NCBI RefSeq assembly: GCF_001194135.2
Contig: NC_068997.1
Coordinates: 29,402,574 to 29,466,573, forward strand
Origin: Octopus bimaculoides
Taxonomy: Eukaryota
DNA: 64,000 nt
Reading direction: 5' to 3'
Part shown: one piece after another, positions 41,701 through 64,000 of the stretch
Numbering within the stretch: position 1 is the first letter of the stretch
How the letters are laid out: every line of letters starts with the position of its first letter
Notes under the pieces: generated by a model
What the model saw: the letters and a program-made list of their open reading frames with translations, nothing else
Database searches by the model: none
Told to the model about the DNA's origin: nothing
Program-made: the position numbers and the translations under genes

Positions 41701-44700
41701 CAATATTCACCTGTATCATACAAACCGTGGTAAGTACTTATATGATAAAATATTTTTTCACAAAAAATGAATTCTTTTATGCGTCAATAAGTATATTAGT
41801 CACATAAAGTATGAGTGAAGCCATGATCTTAATGCATCTAAATATCGATTTAAATATATCATTCATTAGTTTGTTTTCCCATACTAACAGGTTTGGACAG
41901 GTGCCACAGTTCTTCTTCGTAAAACAGCAACAAGAGACTTCATGCCACTCATGCTAAGGAGGTTATTTAGCCCTCTAGCATTCAGATCACTCTGTCAAAT
42001 GCAATGTTTACTTATTCACATTGTTTTGAGTTAATCGGGCATTATCTCATAGCTTCAAGGTTTCGATAATGTGATTGTTATTTTATACGACATTTTCAGG
42101 TAGGTGTGATAGGCCAGATCTTGGAGGTTTGAATGTAAAATGGGTCAAATATTTGGGCCAGAAATAGCCAATTTAAATACTAAATGGTTAAAGTAAAGGG
42201 TTCACTCTCCCTTGTGTCAGCTTGTGTGCAGAATTCCTACTTTCATAGATTAAGTCACCTTTGCTGTGGTTTACAGAGTGCACAAGTTCTTTGTCCCCTC
42301 TTCCTAGTTTTTGGCATTGTTTTCATGACTGGACACAACATATTGGAAAGATAATGACATAAGTTCTTAACCTTAATATGTAATGACTTGCTTTATTGTA
42401 AACACTTTACTCTTAAATCTTCTTTACCTTTAAACAATGCTTTCATTATTTTACTAGAATGTGCTATCAACAGCTGGCCTTTGTCCATGACTGGAATCTC
42501 AAGTATAACACAGGTCAGATGGTCTAAAACACGGCCTTGTGTTTTCTATGCGATCGCTGATCACAGTGTTGTGTTTGTGTTTGACCTGCTGCAGCAGCAT
42601 AACAAACCTGTTCATAAGAGAACCATTGAAAATAGGTAATTAGCTTGTAAATAAATCTCATTTTGAAACAGAATCAAAACTTGGAGTAAAGATTATTTGC
42701 CAACATGACATGGCAGTCCTGGTTTAGGACGAATGTTGCTGTAATTTAGCCATAGGAGGCATCATCTCCAGCTGGCTATACAACACGATCTGTGTCCTTA
42801 TATTTTCAAACAAGAGAATCTAGCATCCCCACTCAGCTCAGTATCGTATAGCCAGCTGGAGACGATGTCTCCTGGGGCTAAATTACAGCAACATTCGTCC
42901 TAAACCAGGACTGCCATGTTATGTTGGCAAATAATCTTTACTCCAAAGTACTTTATTTGTTGAATATCTCTCGTTGTGAGATTTACAAACAGTAATTTTC
43001 TAGAATCAAAACTTGTTTTGAAACCTTTTCAGGAAATCAGATAATACCATGGGCTACAAGTTAAGAAAGAACGTAACTTATTCCAGATAGGAGATCAGTT
43101 CTTATTTAATCATCATCATTTAACATCTGCTTTCTATGCTGGCATGGGTTGGATGGTTTGACAGGAGCTGGCAAGCCAGATGACTGCACCAGGCTTCACT
43201 ATCTGTTTTGGCATGGCTTTTACAGCTGAAGGCCCTTCCTAACATCAACGATAATTATTCAGAGCTGAAATATTTTGCTTGTAAAGAAAGGGTGAGAAGA
43301 AACGTCTCCTTTTGATGTGGCTCGAACAATGTAAAGCATAAGTTTCTTCCAGGAGAGACTGATAGCTCTAGCATGTGAAGTCGAAAGAATCTTTTGAACT
43401 GAAATTTGTTTCTGGGGGTCATCTTGTTGGAAGTTTTCTATACCAGAAACTCAGTCTTGTAATGATTCTGTTACAGAACAGAAACAAATGATAGAAGAGT
43501 TAGAACTTTCTCTCTCCCAATAGGAAGTTTCCCACTTCCTCTAAAAAGAATGTAAAAAAGGTTAGCACAATTCTTGTGATATCCTGCATTTCAGGACTGG
43601 CTGACCAAAGCAGTCCCATGCAGTACTGTGTTACACTGATGTTAATACTGTTATACAATTGATATTCTTTAACATTACTGGATTGTCAGAACAGTAAATG
43701 TTCTTATTTTGGTGGAAGCAGCTGCCAAATGTATTTCTTTGGTAGTAGACAAGATATATATATTGAGATGAAGACGAATAAAGAAATTGTTTATCTTTTG
43801 CATAGGTGTAAATAAATAATGTTGGTGTGATTGGCAAAAAAACTGAGGAACAAAAATAGCCATTCCTTTGAGAAGTCTAACAGAAGAATTGTATTGGGTG
43901 ATTGGGAAGTTGTTGTTGACACATTGTGCAGTCTCGAAATGATTAGTTCTAAGTGCAATTTATACAAGTTGACCAGAATATTTGAATAATATTTACTTTA
44001 AGAAGTAAATACATTGAAGTGATTACAATGGCAACACAGCCTGGTTCCTTTGCTATGAACAATCTTTAACGACCGTCCACCCACTCTCTTTTTATTCCTT
44101 TAACTTAACTTCACCCATATATTTTATGTTAGTCTATGTGTTATTAACTTAAAACATAAGAGTCTGATTTTAATTTTTCATAAAATCCTACATTGAAAAT
44201 GTTTTGTGAGAAAAGAAAGATATTTTAATGATTTTTCCAAACAATTTGTTTCTAATCTTTGGTTTTATATTTTCATTCACTTTTACAGAATCACTGCAAT
44301 GGAAATATTTTGTCATTTAGATGACAAAAGTCATATAATACCAAATGAAAGAATGGTAAGGAAGTTTATTTTTTCTTGTTTTAAGTGATTCATTATATTC
44401 AAACTAAGAGCATTATGTAGATAGGAACTCAATGCAAAGCCAATACTGCAAATACTTTCTTCAAAGAACTCCAGGTTTTCTGGTGTTCTTACTAATGTCA
44501 CATCATTTCACATTTCACTTACATTGTAAGCTATACACATACATACACAATGGACTTCTCTACAGTTCCAGTCAACCAAATTCTACCCATAAAGTACTGG
44601 TCAAGTGAAGGACATGCTTGCTCAAGGGGCCACAAATGTGGAGCCTTAGGGTTGCAATGAACATTTTTTTAAGCTCATTGCCATTTCTGACTTACACAAA

Positions 44701-47070
44701 GCTATTTCCTCCTAATAATGATTCCAAGAGAATTGTCAGGGTAATGTTGTTGCAATCTAGAGCTTGCCGATCTTCCTTATTTTGAATGCATACCAGTTCA
44801 TAGTCAAAGAGACTCAGAGGCCGGCCTAGCTGTTGATGTTATAAATACCTGAATTTCTTACATGTAAAGATCCTTCCTGAATCAGATAGACACACAGGAC
44901 TGGCTTCCTGGATTCTATAGCATAATATTCACCTCTGAGTGGACTGAAGCAAGAACACACCATATCAACCGATCCAAGAATCGAAACCCCAAAATCTTAC
45001 AACCACAAGTCCAACACCGTAACCATTAACACACACACCTCCTCTTACATGTAACGAGCAGTAAAATAGAAATTAAAAATCAGTTGATATCTGCAACATA
45101 AATTCTTCTGTTTTGGCAATTCACTAACTTCATAATCAGAATATTGTCACTGTTTCCACATGTGCCTCCATTTCTCTCTCCCTCTGTTTGTCCAACCCCT
45201 TAATATAAGAAGCATCAAAAGCATTGGTATCATTAATGGGTCCTTTAGTTAGCTGAATGAACATAAATTTAACTACGTATAAACTGTCTGTGTGTGCTAT
45301 TAGTTGATCAAAAAACCAAAACAGAAGCTTTGTAGGTTGCGCAGTTTAATTTCAAGCACCTATTAAGAATAGAGAAAAAGTAATACAAGCTGAGACTTGG
45401 GGCAACTGTAAGATTTAGAGTTCACATCCTGTTAGCTGTGATGTGATTTTAAACAAAATACTTAACCCACAACAATTCAGTCCACTTAACTTCGGGTATG
45501 TACCATTGAAGGGATAATTCACAACCTGGGAAGAGTAGCAGATGTAAAATTGACAAATGGTTTGTTTAGCCTGCAGTCTTTAATTTCCTGACCAATGAAA
45601 GCTGGCAGAATTGTTATTGCACCAGACAGACTGCTTAGCAGTATCTCTTCAGGCTCTTCTGCTTTCATCCTTTCAAAGTTAATAAAATAAGTTCCAGTTG
45701 AGCACTGGTGGGGGAGGGGGGGATCAATGTAATCAACTAACCCCCCCCCACACACACACATGATGCTGGCCTTGTGCCAGAATTTTAAATCTTTAAAGTG
45801 GTGAGCTGTCAATCATTATCTTGTTGGACAAAATACTTGGCAGCATTCCTTCTGACTCTATGTTCAGAGTTTAAATTCTGCCAAGGTCAACCTTTGTCTT
45901 TCTCCTTTTGAGAGTCAATAAAATAAAGGGTCAGTTGAAGATTATACTTAATGTATTCAGCTTTTACCTGTTCTTCTAAAATCGCTGGCCTCCAGCCAAA
46001 ATTTGAAACCATTCTATTTAATCTCCCTTGTGCTGGGCCAGGGAGAGATTTGGTTCACCTGCTTAAAGGCTTGAGATGAACACCAATCCCCTGATAAACA
46101 AACAAATCCATAAAGAAAAGGGAATAAGCAGTGTCACCATGGTTGAACTGGATCCGGTTTGTTTTGTAGCAAATATCTAAATGTTTCTAATTTTATCATT
46201 GTGTAAAGCTGTTGATAAGAGCTTTGGTGGCTGACAGTCTTGCCATTATAATAATGGAAGTGATTGCCTTAGAGGAAAGAGATACTATTTATAGTCCCCC
46301 ACATCCCTCTCACAGTGCAGCACAGCCAATTCTGAGAGAAATAGAGATACTGGATCCAAGTACTCCCCTGGTACTTCATTTTAATGACTCCACCACCATC
46401 CCAGAAGGATGAAAGGCTAAGTTGGTCTCAACAGGATTTGAACTCAGAATTAAAAAAGCTGGAACAAAGACCACAAGTAACCTGGCAGAATCAACAGGTG
46501 GAAGTACCAGAGCATTGTTCTAACAGTTTTGCATTAACAAAGTTATTGAGGAAGTTTACTTTCACCATTGAAATACTTCTTATTTAAAAAAAGGTTTAGG
46601 GTTTTTTTGTTTTTTTTAACAGCAGTAGCTATTGTTATGGGTTGCATTTTTAATAGGGTGGAAACACTGAGCACTCAGGCCTATGATTAAAAGCACTCCA
46701 GTCTTACTGGTCATATCTTTTTGTGCATCTTGTACTACATTGCCCAAAATGTTCATCTTTTTAGATGGTAAGGTGCACTTTGAGGGAAATTATCTACTGT
46801 TTTTAGCAAGTTACGTTTTGTCTGTTTTGACTTGCCTGCAACTGCTTTATTTCCATTTTGCTGCACTAAATCTCATTTCCCTTTTTCAATCTCTATATTG
46901 TTAAATGCACACAATGTATCTTTATATATTTAATGATGGCCTCTTCTTTTCTTTCCCAGATTTTATGTTTGTCTTCTGGAAAAATTGAAATTCAAACAAT
47001 ATCTGCTTCCTTCTCACAACCTCAAGATTTAGAATGGGAATTTCTAGAAAAATATTTGGAAAGATCTTGA
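1112..47070 (+). CDS. DYNC2I1: WD repeat-containing protein 60 / cytoplasmic dynein-2 intermediate chain 1, spliced, 5'-partial. 30 exons, 2715 nt in window.
   Basis: Exons: 1112-1174, 2538-2624, 3700-3780, 6025-6081, 7871-7927, 9058-9120, 10647-10700, 11935-12087, 18950-19057, 20187-20246, 21321-21365, 22588-22884, 25033-25144, 25272-25366, 26519-26645, 27562-27647, 28201-28277, 29660-29735, 31187-31295, 32897-32969, 34909-34931, 35742-35806, 36587-36705, 37680-37767, 39476-39542, 39894-39964, 41684-41729, 42458-42635, 44289-44355, 46960-47070. All are AG/GT bounded and join in one open frame. Motifs YELYISNFGRANYKQAFVQT..DRDIQTEE, VMSVLLEE, GSILVWDTRE, VVVEL..GLRPG..VKL, IDFSPF, W..TRPCVF match WDR60 as recalled. 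Linking the first eight K/E-rich exons to the rest is inference. Confidence 0.9.
2079..2471 (-). mobile_element. tRNA-derived composite SINE with CORE-like segment and internal (CA)n
   Basis: Family also at about 18530-18909, 30781-31149, 60133-60506, 63033-63128 and 11750-11890 (all -). On - they read head gtggctgtgtggtaag...ggttcagtccc, then ttgggcaagtgtctt. Confidence 0.8.
2538..2624 (+). CDS. DYNC2I1: WDR60 exon (TEKKDRMETMIQREKEKDFAAKKRELLRE)
   Basis: ttttag| ... |gtagga, 87 nt, phase 0-0. Confidence 0.7.
3700..3780 (+). CDS. DYNC2I1: WDR60 exon (EEEEKLRLKQERQAKREAKKLKSYNYK)
   Basis: acacag| ... |gtaagt, 81 nt, phase 0-0. Confidence 0.75.
6025..6081 (+). CDS. DYNC2I1: WDR60 exon (ESRKQKHEKKSKSHDIIES)
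   Basis: tggcag| ... |gtaagt, 57 nt, phase 0-0. Confidence 0.7.
6751..7014. mobile_element. Degenerate hAT-type MITE
   Basis: Termini caagggtccccacc ... ggttgaagaccactg resemble CAGGGGT/CAGTGGT...AACC hAT TIRs. Confidence 0.45.
7871..7927 (+). CDS. DYNC2I1: WDR60 exon (RESEKKHRKQKESVKKNEE)
   Basis: tttcag| ... |gtaaat, 57 nt, phase 0-0. Confidence 0.7.
9058..9120 (+). CDS. DYNC2I1: WDR60 exon (AETSRKREKKDSKSKHYRYEE)
   Basis: ctacag| ... |gtaagt, 63 nt, phase 0-0. Confidence 0.75.
10647..10700 (+). CDS. DYNC2I1: WDR60 exon (GNEKKSKEERKKENSETS)
   Basis: ttgcag| ... |gtgagt, 54 nt, phase 0-0. Confidence 0.7.
11935..12087 (+). CDS. DYNC2I1: WDR60 exon (LRHHEKTVRYNSHADDSPKRKH...KHDFPENT)
   Basis: Long pyrimidine tract + cag| ... 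|gtaaga, 153 nt open, phase 0-0. Confidence 0.7.
12289..12368 (-). pseudogene. Tc1/mariner transposase C-terminal remnant
   Basis: Minus frame reads YRRFRSHLEAVVEANGDFVK*, typical of the RxRLEAVxxAxGxxIE ending. Confidence 0.6.
12960..13068 (+). promoter_or_regulatory. Probable promoter/5'UTR of the nested acylphosphatase
   Basis: Local rise in CpG (cagcgcggtg, gtccggttt, ttcggtg) against CpG-poor intron, directly before the ATG. Inference only. Confidence 0.45.
13069..13374 (+). CDS. ACYP: Acylphosphatase (101 aa), intronless, nested in a WDR60 intron
   Basis: acaacATG start (the track's TTG at 13048 is upstream). IDFEVFGIVQGVFFR phosphate-binding loop with catalytic Arg; GWVLN with catalytic Asn; GSPSSRID motif. 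AATAAA at 13516-13521. ACYP1 vs ACYP2 cannot be resolved. Confidence 0.95.
   Translation: MTEGLANLVSIDFEVFGIVQGVFFRKHTYEKAISLNLAGWVLNTYHGTVKGNIQGSEANVEKMKIWLSEVGSPSSRIDKCTFSNRQNIPCLEHKGFRIIKD
15545..17228 (+). mobile_element. RTE-type LINE, 5'-truncated and internally deleted, with 3'UTR tandem repeats and (GAT)n tail
   Basis: HRLVVSDFRIR...WKLKDP...WRFLRDN (endonuclease-RT linker). Frameshifted continuation at 16060-16450, ORF end near 16660, then 3'UTR and gatgatgat tail. Spans an N gap. Confidence 0.85.
17834..18339 (+). mobile_element. 3'UTR-only copy of the same RTE LINE
   Basis: Shares gacctgttgaggcaagtgaaatc, the gcacgtaaaaagcacc units, ggaagggcatccagctgtagaaac and the (GAT)n tail with 16700-17228. 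Confidence 0.8.
18950..19057 (+). CDS. DYNC2I1: WDR60 exon (IKEASEAN...EYDYADDFE)
   Basis: tttaag| ... |gtaaga, 108 nt; acidic YxDDFE motif typical of WDR60. Confidence 0.85.
19214..19341. repeat. Two overlapping inverted repeats
   Basis: 19214-19240 / 19273-19299 perfect over 27 bp; 19234-19262 / 19313-19341 match at 27 of 29. Confidence 0.85.
20187..20246 (+). CDS. DYNC2I1: WDR60 exon (DYSDDFDESLSQSDSKENED)
   Basis: ttgcag| ... |gtaaaa, 60 nt; second YxDDF motif. Confidence 0.85.
21321..21365 (+). CDS. DYNC2I1: WDR60 exon (NNVRIPSATEKTDVE)
   Basis: tattag| ... |gtaagt, 45 nt, phase 0-0. Confidence 0.7.
22588..22884 (+). CDS. DYNC2I1: WDR60 exon (KTPTPPSP...ELRKLIVLD...YELYISNFGRANYKQ)
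   Basis: ttctag| ... |gtcttt, 297 nt open; conserved WDR60 motif; overlaps ORF 22699..22911. Confidence 0.92.
23505..23672 (+). repeat. Short RTE-tail element (ggaagggcatccagctgtagaaac...(GAT)n)
   Basis: Dispersed family. Other approximate copies: 25605-25790(-), 27230-27405(+), 29950-30192(+), 31450-31600(+), 33460-33610(-), 34390-34595(+), 36290-36440(-), 43110-43250(-), 50940-51220(+), 53795-54152(+), 57500-57700(+), 61120-61560(+). Confidence 0.85.
24518..24732 (+). mobile_element. tRNA-derived SINE with central gcctttcatcctttcggggtcgataaa domain (Meta-like, as recalled)
   Basis: Near full length. Other approximate copies: 21495-21690, 36767-36985, 37007-37190 (+); 26050-26230, 33055-33245, 45640-45800, 57225-57440 (-). 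Confidence 0.8.
25033..25144 (+). CDS. DYNC2I1: WDR60 exon (AFVQTGDDSIDRDIQTEETEMVDKWTQYP...), light-chain-binding QT region
   Basis: ttccag| ... |gtaagc, 112 nt, phase 0-1. Confidence 0.92.
25272..25366 (+). CDS. DYNC2I1: WDR60 exon (..FDSVRLNKFLFHATR)
   Basis: ttgtag| ... |gtaatt, 95 nt, phase 1-0. Confidence 0.88.
26519..26645 (+). CDS. DYNC2I1: WDR60 exon (VMSVLLEEELP...CPLFG)
   Basis: ctttag| ... |gtaagt, 127 nt, phase 0-1. Confidence 0.9.
27562..27647 (+). CDS. DYNC2I1: WDR60 exon (QSVMYCCCTSTNFTDFLMTVHNDIKMYK)
   Basis: atttag| ... |gtatgt, 86 nt, phase 1-0. Confidence 0.85.
28201..28277 (+). CDS. DYNC2I1: WDR60 exon (..NFLGVWDLKQPSKP)
   Basis: ttctag| ... |gtgagt, 77 nt, phase 0-2, WD motif. 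Confidence 0.9.
29660..29735 (+). CDS. DYNC2I1: WDR60 exon (ILSSESQISCCCFGPSSSKLTFAGC)
   Basis: ttccag| ... |gtgagt, 76 nt, phase 2-0. Confidence 0.9.
30527..30680 (+). mobile_element. LINE (RTE-like) 3' remnant encoding a C2H2 zinc finger
   Basis: 30549-30629 reads CNLCGCFFKTLSGLKSHIRRHERAKV*. Confidence 0.55.
31187..31295 (+). CDS. DYNC2I1: WDR60 exon (VDGSILVWDTRE...RHPAYNT)
   Basis: cttcag| ... |gtaagt, 109 nt, phase 0-1, WD motif. Confidence 0.92.
31780..32190 (+). mobile_element. Degenerate RTE LINE C-terminal fragment
   Basis: Broken frames resembling ML.W..GV...D / REKRL.WFGHV. Confidence 0.4.
32897..32969 (+). CDS. DYNC2I1: WDR60 exon (GLMMFNSHQAPVQSICHVPRQSY)
   Basis: gttcag| ... 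|gtaagt, 73 nt, phase 1-2. Confidence 0.88.
34909..34931 (+). CDS. DYNC2I1: WDR60 23-nt microexon (LKDSRHL)
   Basis: tggcag| ... |gtaagt; needed to bridge phase 2 to phase 1 between flanking exons. Confidence 0.8.
35065..35419 (-). mobile_element. Possible solo LTR
   Basis: GC-richer block bounded by TG...CA with CCAAT and AATAAA (minus); no matching TSD seen. Confidence 0.3.
35742..35806 (+). CDS. DYNC2I1: WDR60 exon (LEPEVSFQLLSMDCIGHINIW)
   Basis: ttttag| ... |gtaaaa, 65 nt, phase 1-0. Confidence 0.9.
36587..36705 (+). CDS. DYNC2I1: WDR60 exon (VVVELT...GLRPGSKVKLVQS...)
   Basis: ttgcag| ... |gtaact, 119 nt, phase 0-2. Confidence 0.92.
37680..37767 (+). CDS. DYNC2I1: WDR60 exon (..LLPENPNEIYIATDT)
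   Basis: ttacag| ... |gtaaga, 88 nt, phase 2-0. Confidence 0.9.
39476..39542 (+). CDS. DYNC2I1: WDR60 exon (GHIVHSVRLGSIPYPRVHYPQK)
   Basis: attcag| ... |gtaagt, 67 nt, phase 0-1. Confidence 0.88.
39894..39964 (+). CDS. DYNC2I1: WDR60 exon (..EVLSIDFSPFKLPCFL)
   Basis: ttccag| ... |gtgggt, 71 nt, phase 1-0. Confidence 0.9.
40773..41015 (+). mobile_element. tRNA-headed SINE with (AAT)n and a Penelope-like 3' part containing a degenerate hammerhead core
   Basis: A box tggtgtagtggtt, B box gagttcaattcc, (aat)n, then gacac-ctgatga-a-ggctg. Other copies at about 59268-59500 (+), 3980-4120 (-) and 40662-40771 (-, tail only). Confidence 0.75.
41684..41729 (+). CDS. DYNC2I1: WDR60 exon (TGYSDGNIHLYHTNR)
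   Basis: Weak aag| acceptor, |gtaagt donor, 46 nt, phase 0-1; matches the AGCSDGSIRLH motif. Confidence 0.85.
42458..42635 (+). CDS. DYNC2I1: WDR60 exon (..VRWSKTRPCVFY...VFDLLQ..)
   Basis: tactag| ... |gtaatt, 178 nt, phase 1-2; overlaps ORF 42388..42639. Confidence 0.92.
42681..42946. mobile_element. Foldback/MITE with about 100-bp inverted arms
   Basis: 42681-42781 is the near-perfect reverse complement of 42846-42946. Confidence 0.85.
44289..44355 (+). CDS. DYNC2I1: WDR60 exon (ITAMEIFCHLDDKSHIIPNERM)
   Basis: ttacag| ... |gtaagg, 67 nt, phase 2-0. Confidence 0.85.
46960..47070 (+). CDS. DYNC2I1: WDR60 terminal coding exon (ILCLSSGKIEIQ...KYLERS*)
   Basis: tcccag| acceptor, TGA at 47068-47070; AATAAA at 47289-47294. 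Confidence 0.88.
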   Translation: MLCLSSGKIEIQTISASFSQPQDLEWEFLEKYLERS

Positions 47071-48599
47071 TTACAACCGAAATGTTTTTATGAAATATAT
47101 AATAATAAGAGGCAAATTATTCATCCTTTTATTTGTTCAACAGGCTGCAACGTGAGAGTAATGCATGAACATACTGAATTAAATATCTTAAAATGATCCA
47201 ATACAAAGAACTAAATATTTCATATCTAGATCCTGCTTGGATCAACATTTGCTTTTTGTCACCAGAGTCTATAAATTAAAGCACTAATAATAAAACAGTC
47301 TGGTATCATGCCCCCTCCCACCCCACCCNNNNNNNNNNNNNNNNNNNNNNNNNNNNNNNNNNNNNNNNNNNNNNNNNNNNNNNNNNNNNNNNNNNNNNNN
47401 NNNNNNNNNNNNNNNNNNNNNNNNNNNNNNNNNNNNNNNNNNNNNNNNNNNNNNNNNNNNNNNNNNNNNNNNNNNNNNNNNNNNNNNNNNNNNNNNNNNN
47501 NNNNNNNNNNNNNNNNNNNNNNNNNNNNNNNNNNNNNNNNNNNNNNNNNNNNNNNNNNNNNNNNNNNNNNNNNNNNNNNNNNNNNNNNNNNNNNNNNNNN
47601 NNNNNNNNNNNNNNNNNNNNNNNNNNNNNNNNNNNNNNNNNNNNNNNNNNNNNNNNNNNNNNNNNNNNNNNNNNNNNNNNNNNNNNNNNNNNNNNNNNNN
47701 NNNNNNNNNNNNNNNNNNNNNNNNNNNNNNNNNNNNNNNNNNNNNNNNNNNNNNNNNNNNNNNNNNNNNNNNNNNNNNNNNNNNNNNNNNNNNNNNNNNN
47801 NNNNNNNNNNNNNNNNNNNNNNNNNNNNNNNNNNNNNNNNNNNNNNNNNNNNNNNNNNNNNNNNNNNNNNNNNNNNNNNNNNNNNNNNNNNNNNNNNNNN
47901 NNNNNNNNNNNNNNNNNNNNNNNNNNNNNNNNNNNNNNNNNNNNNNNNNNNNNNNNNNNNNNNNNNNNNNNNNNNNNNNNNNNNNNNNNNNNNNNNNNNN
48001 NNNNNNNNNNNNNNNNNNNNNNNNNNNNNNNNNNNNNNNNNNNNNNNNNNNNNNNNNNNNNNNNNNNNNNNNNNNNNNNNNNNNNNNNNNNNNNNNNNNN
48101 NNNNNNNNNNNNNNNNNNNNNNNNNNNNNNNNNNNNNNNNNNNNNNNNNNNNNNNNNNTTTGGTAAGATTGTTGTATCTCTGAGTCAGTGAAATATTTAG
48201 CACTTATATTTATAAAGCTGGCTGCCAAATACTTTTAAATGAAGATCTTTTACAGAGTAATTTATGATTTGTGTGACAGCATAAAGAAATGACAAACTTG
48301 TAAAGAAATAATTGTTTATTTTGTTCATTCTAGAAAATGCAAATATTACAAAAGATGATGATAGAAAAAAATAGATAAAATAAGGTGAAGTAAATTTCAC
48401 AAAATATGTCTTCGAAAAAAGAGGTATATTTTGAAGTGTATTGTCATTTATTACATTTTATTTATAGATACAATGTTGAGAGGTATTAATCAACAAGAGA
48501 ATGATTTCGGTAATAAAGGGGCAGAAACATGCCATATACTACAATAAAAACAGACAAGACACAAATGGGAGAAATCTAGTAGTCTTTGGTGAGTTTGGT

Positions 48600-62173
<13,574 letters not shown>

Positions 62174-63662
62174 GTTTACAGTTGAAAACTAGAAAGGAAG
62201 AAAAATAAATAAAATAAGACATAATTAGCAAAAGAATAAAAAATTTTAAAAATATACTAGTTATCAGATAAGTATTAAATCATAATAGTTTATGAATTAA
62301 TATTTATCCTAAAATAAATATCAATGTATAAACTATAAGAAAATTTTAATCTGTAAGACAAGTTTCATTTAAATATTAATTTAGTCCAGCAAGGTGGGGG
62401 TGGGGTAACTGCTGCAGTGATTATCACTGACCATTCTCCATTGCAAAACCTTTGCAATTATGGCCACAGGGTACAGATGGACAAGCCATTAATTAGGTCA
62501 TTAATTAGCCTCCCTACCATCTTCTGTTGCTTAATCCAGCCCCCTCTTTTTTTTTTCCTTTTCTTTTTTCCTTTTCTTTGTTTCCGTNNNNNNNNNNNNN
62601 NNNNNNNNNNNNNNNNNNNNNNNNNNNNNNNNNNNNNNNNNNNNNNNNNNNNNNNNNNNNNNNNNNNNNNNNNNNNNNNNNNNNNNNNNNNNNNNNNNNN
62701 NNNNNNNNNNNNNNNNNNNNNNNNNNNNNNNNNNNNNNNNNNNNNNNNNNNNNNNNNNNNNNNNNNNNNNNNNNNNNNNNNNNNNNNNNNNGTACATTTG
62801 GTGCAGTGCTTAATGAACAAACCAAATTGCACCGGTGATTGATTCTTTGCAAAGGAGGCCAATTTCTTACAATTGTAGGAGTTTCTGAGAAAATGTCTTT
62901 GCAAATATTTTTTAAATGATAAAAAAAAACAACCCTACTTGTTGACCCAGCAATTTGAAAAAGTTTCACTATTTATAGTCAGTCTTTGAATAATACAACT
63001 AGGAATTCTCAATAATTCTTTCTTATATTTAGCAGAAGACATTTGCCCAAGGTGCCACACAGTGGGACTGAACTCGGAACCATGTGGTTGGTAAGCAAGA
63101 TACTTACCACACAGCCACTCCTGCGCCTATATAACCAATACATGTACATCTCATGGCATGTCTTAATCCATCCAAAAGAAAGACACTTTATCATGAAAGG
63201 GGCTCACAGAAGAACAGGCTTTATGATATTTGGTTCCATACAAGTTCTCCACAGACAGGCTTTGCCTTCTCTTTCATTCTCAGAACATTAAAATAAGTCC
63301 CAAACAATATCGACTGAAATGTTTCCAGATATATCTTTCTTATATCCTTCTGTACGTTGGATTATACAGAATTTCACAAAGCAAGAATGAACACAACTGG
63401 CTTCACACAACGTCCTTCAAATTACTCTACGAAATACGATACTCCAATAAAACACAAACTCTCAACGACTTCCTATGACTCCCATGAACTCTCAACGACT
63501 CCTATGACTTCTCTCATCTTATGCTACTCTTTATAAGAGTTCGGCGAGTCCATTCTTCCAATCCCACAGGAGTGACAATGACTCTCTCCACTACAATCTT
63601 CTAATTAATTATTAATATATTTGTCCAGTGTCCACACCACACTAACATAATTATTATCTATA

Positions 63663-63760
63663 CTAGCAGAAATACCCGGCTTTGCCCGGGTTAAAGAGAA
63701 TAATGAAATCTAAAAACGCCGTCTAGACTACGCAACCCTCAACTGTTAGTAGCTACGATA
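63663..63760 (-). mobile_element. Helitron 3' terminus
   Basis: Minus strand: hairpin cccgg-gcaaag-ccggg (63690-63675), 8 nt spacer, then CTAG followed by T. The 5' extent is unknown. Confidence 0.55.
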
Positions 63761-64000
63761 CCATATTTCTACATTAATAACTCTCCAATCCATGCCAGCA
63801 TGGAACATAGACATTAAGTGGAAAGCCAGTCTCTCATCTAGGAGGGCCTTGAAATCAATGTTACCAACTGGGGACTATGTGTGTCGCAGTGATAATAAAA
63901 AGACCCAAAGGAGGTCTGCAACGAAATAATTTTACTCAACACTTTGCAAGTGAATCAGTGGAGGCAAAGATGCGTCTCATTTACTTGACAATTTATGCAC

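Noticed and set aside
47259-48228. Long ORFs of 291-314 aa in the track (also 62417-62969 and part of 15452-16153)
   Set aside because: They are made of X residues from assembly gaps.

Overview
AT-rich, repeat-dense animal genomic DNA with five N-gaps (9709-9922, 15755-16059, 47329-48158, 56014-56023, 62588-62791). The repeat families suggest an octopus or other cephalopod (inference from recall, not a search). Three protein-coding genes can be rebuilt by hand from GT-AG exons with consistent phases. (1) WDR60/DYNC2I1 (dynein-2 intermediate chain) on +: 30 exons in view from 1112 to the stop at 47070, 5' end outside the window. (2) An intronless acylphosphatase (13069-13374) nested on the same strand in a WDR60 intron. 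(3) A complete 11-coding-exon Lifeguard/TMBIM-family membrane protein on - (62173 to 48600, 322 aa), convergent with WDR60. Introns hold RTE LINE fragments, several tRNA-derived SINE families, MITEs, a mariner remnant and a Helitron end. The most unusual signals are: a tRNA-headed SINE whose 3' part reconstructs to a minimal Penelope-type hammerhead ribozyme; the nested acylphosphatase, flanked by signals that could split the host gene into two transcripts; and a three-level nested insertion. No prokaryotic system or CRISPR array is present. Nearly all ORFs in the supplied track are spurious.
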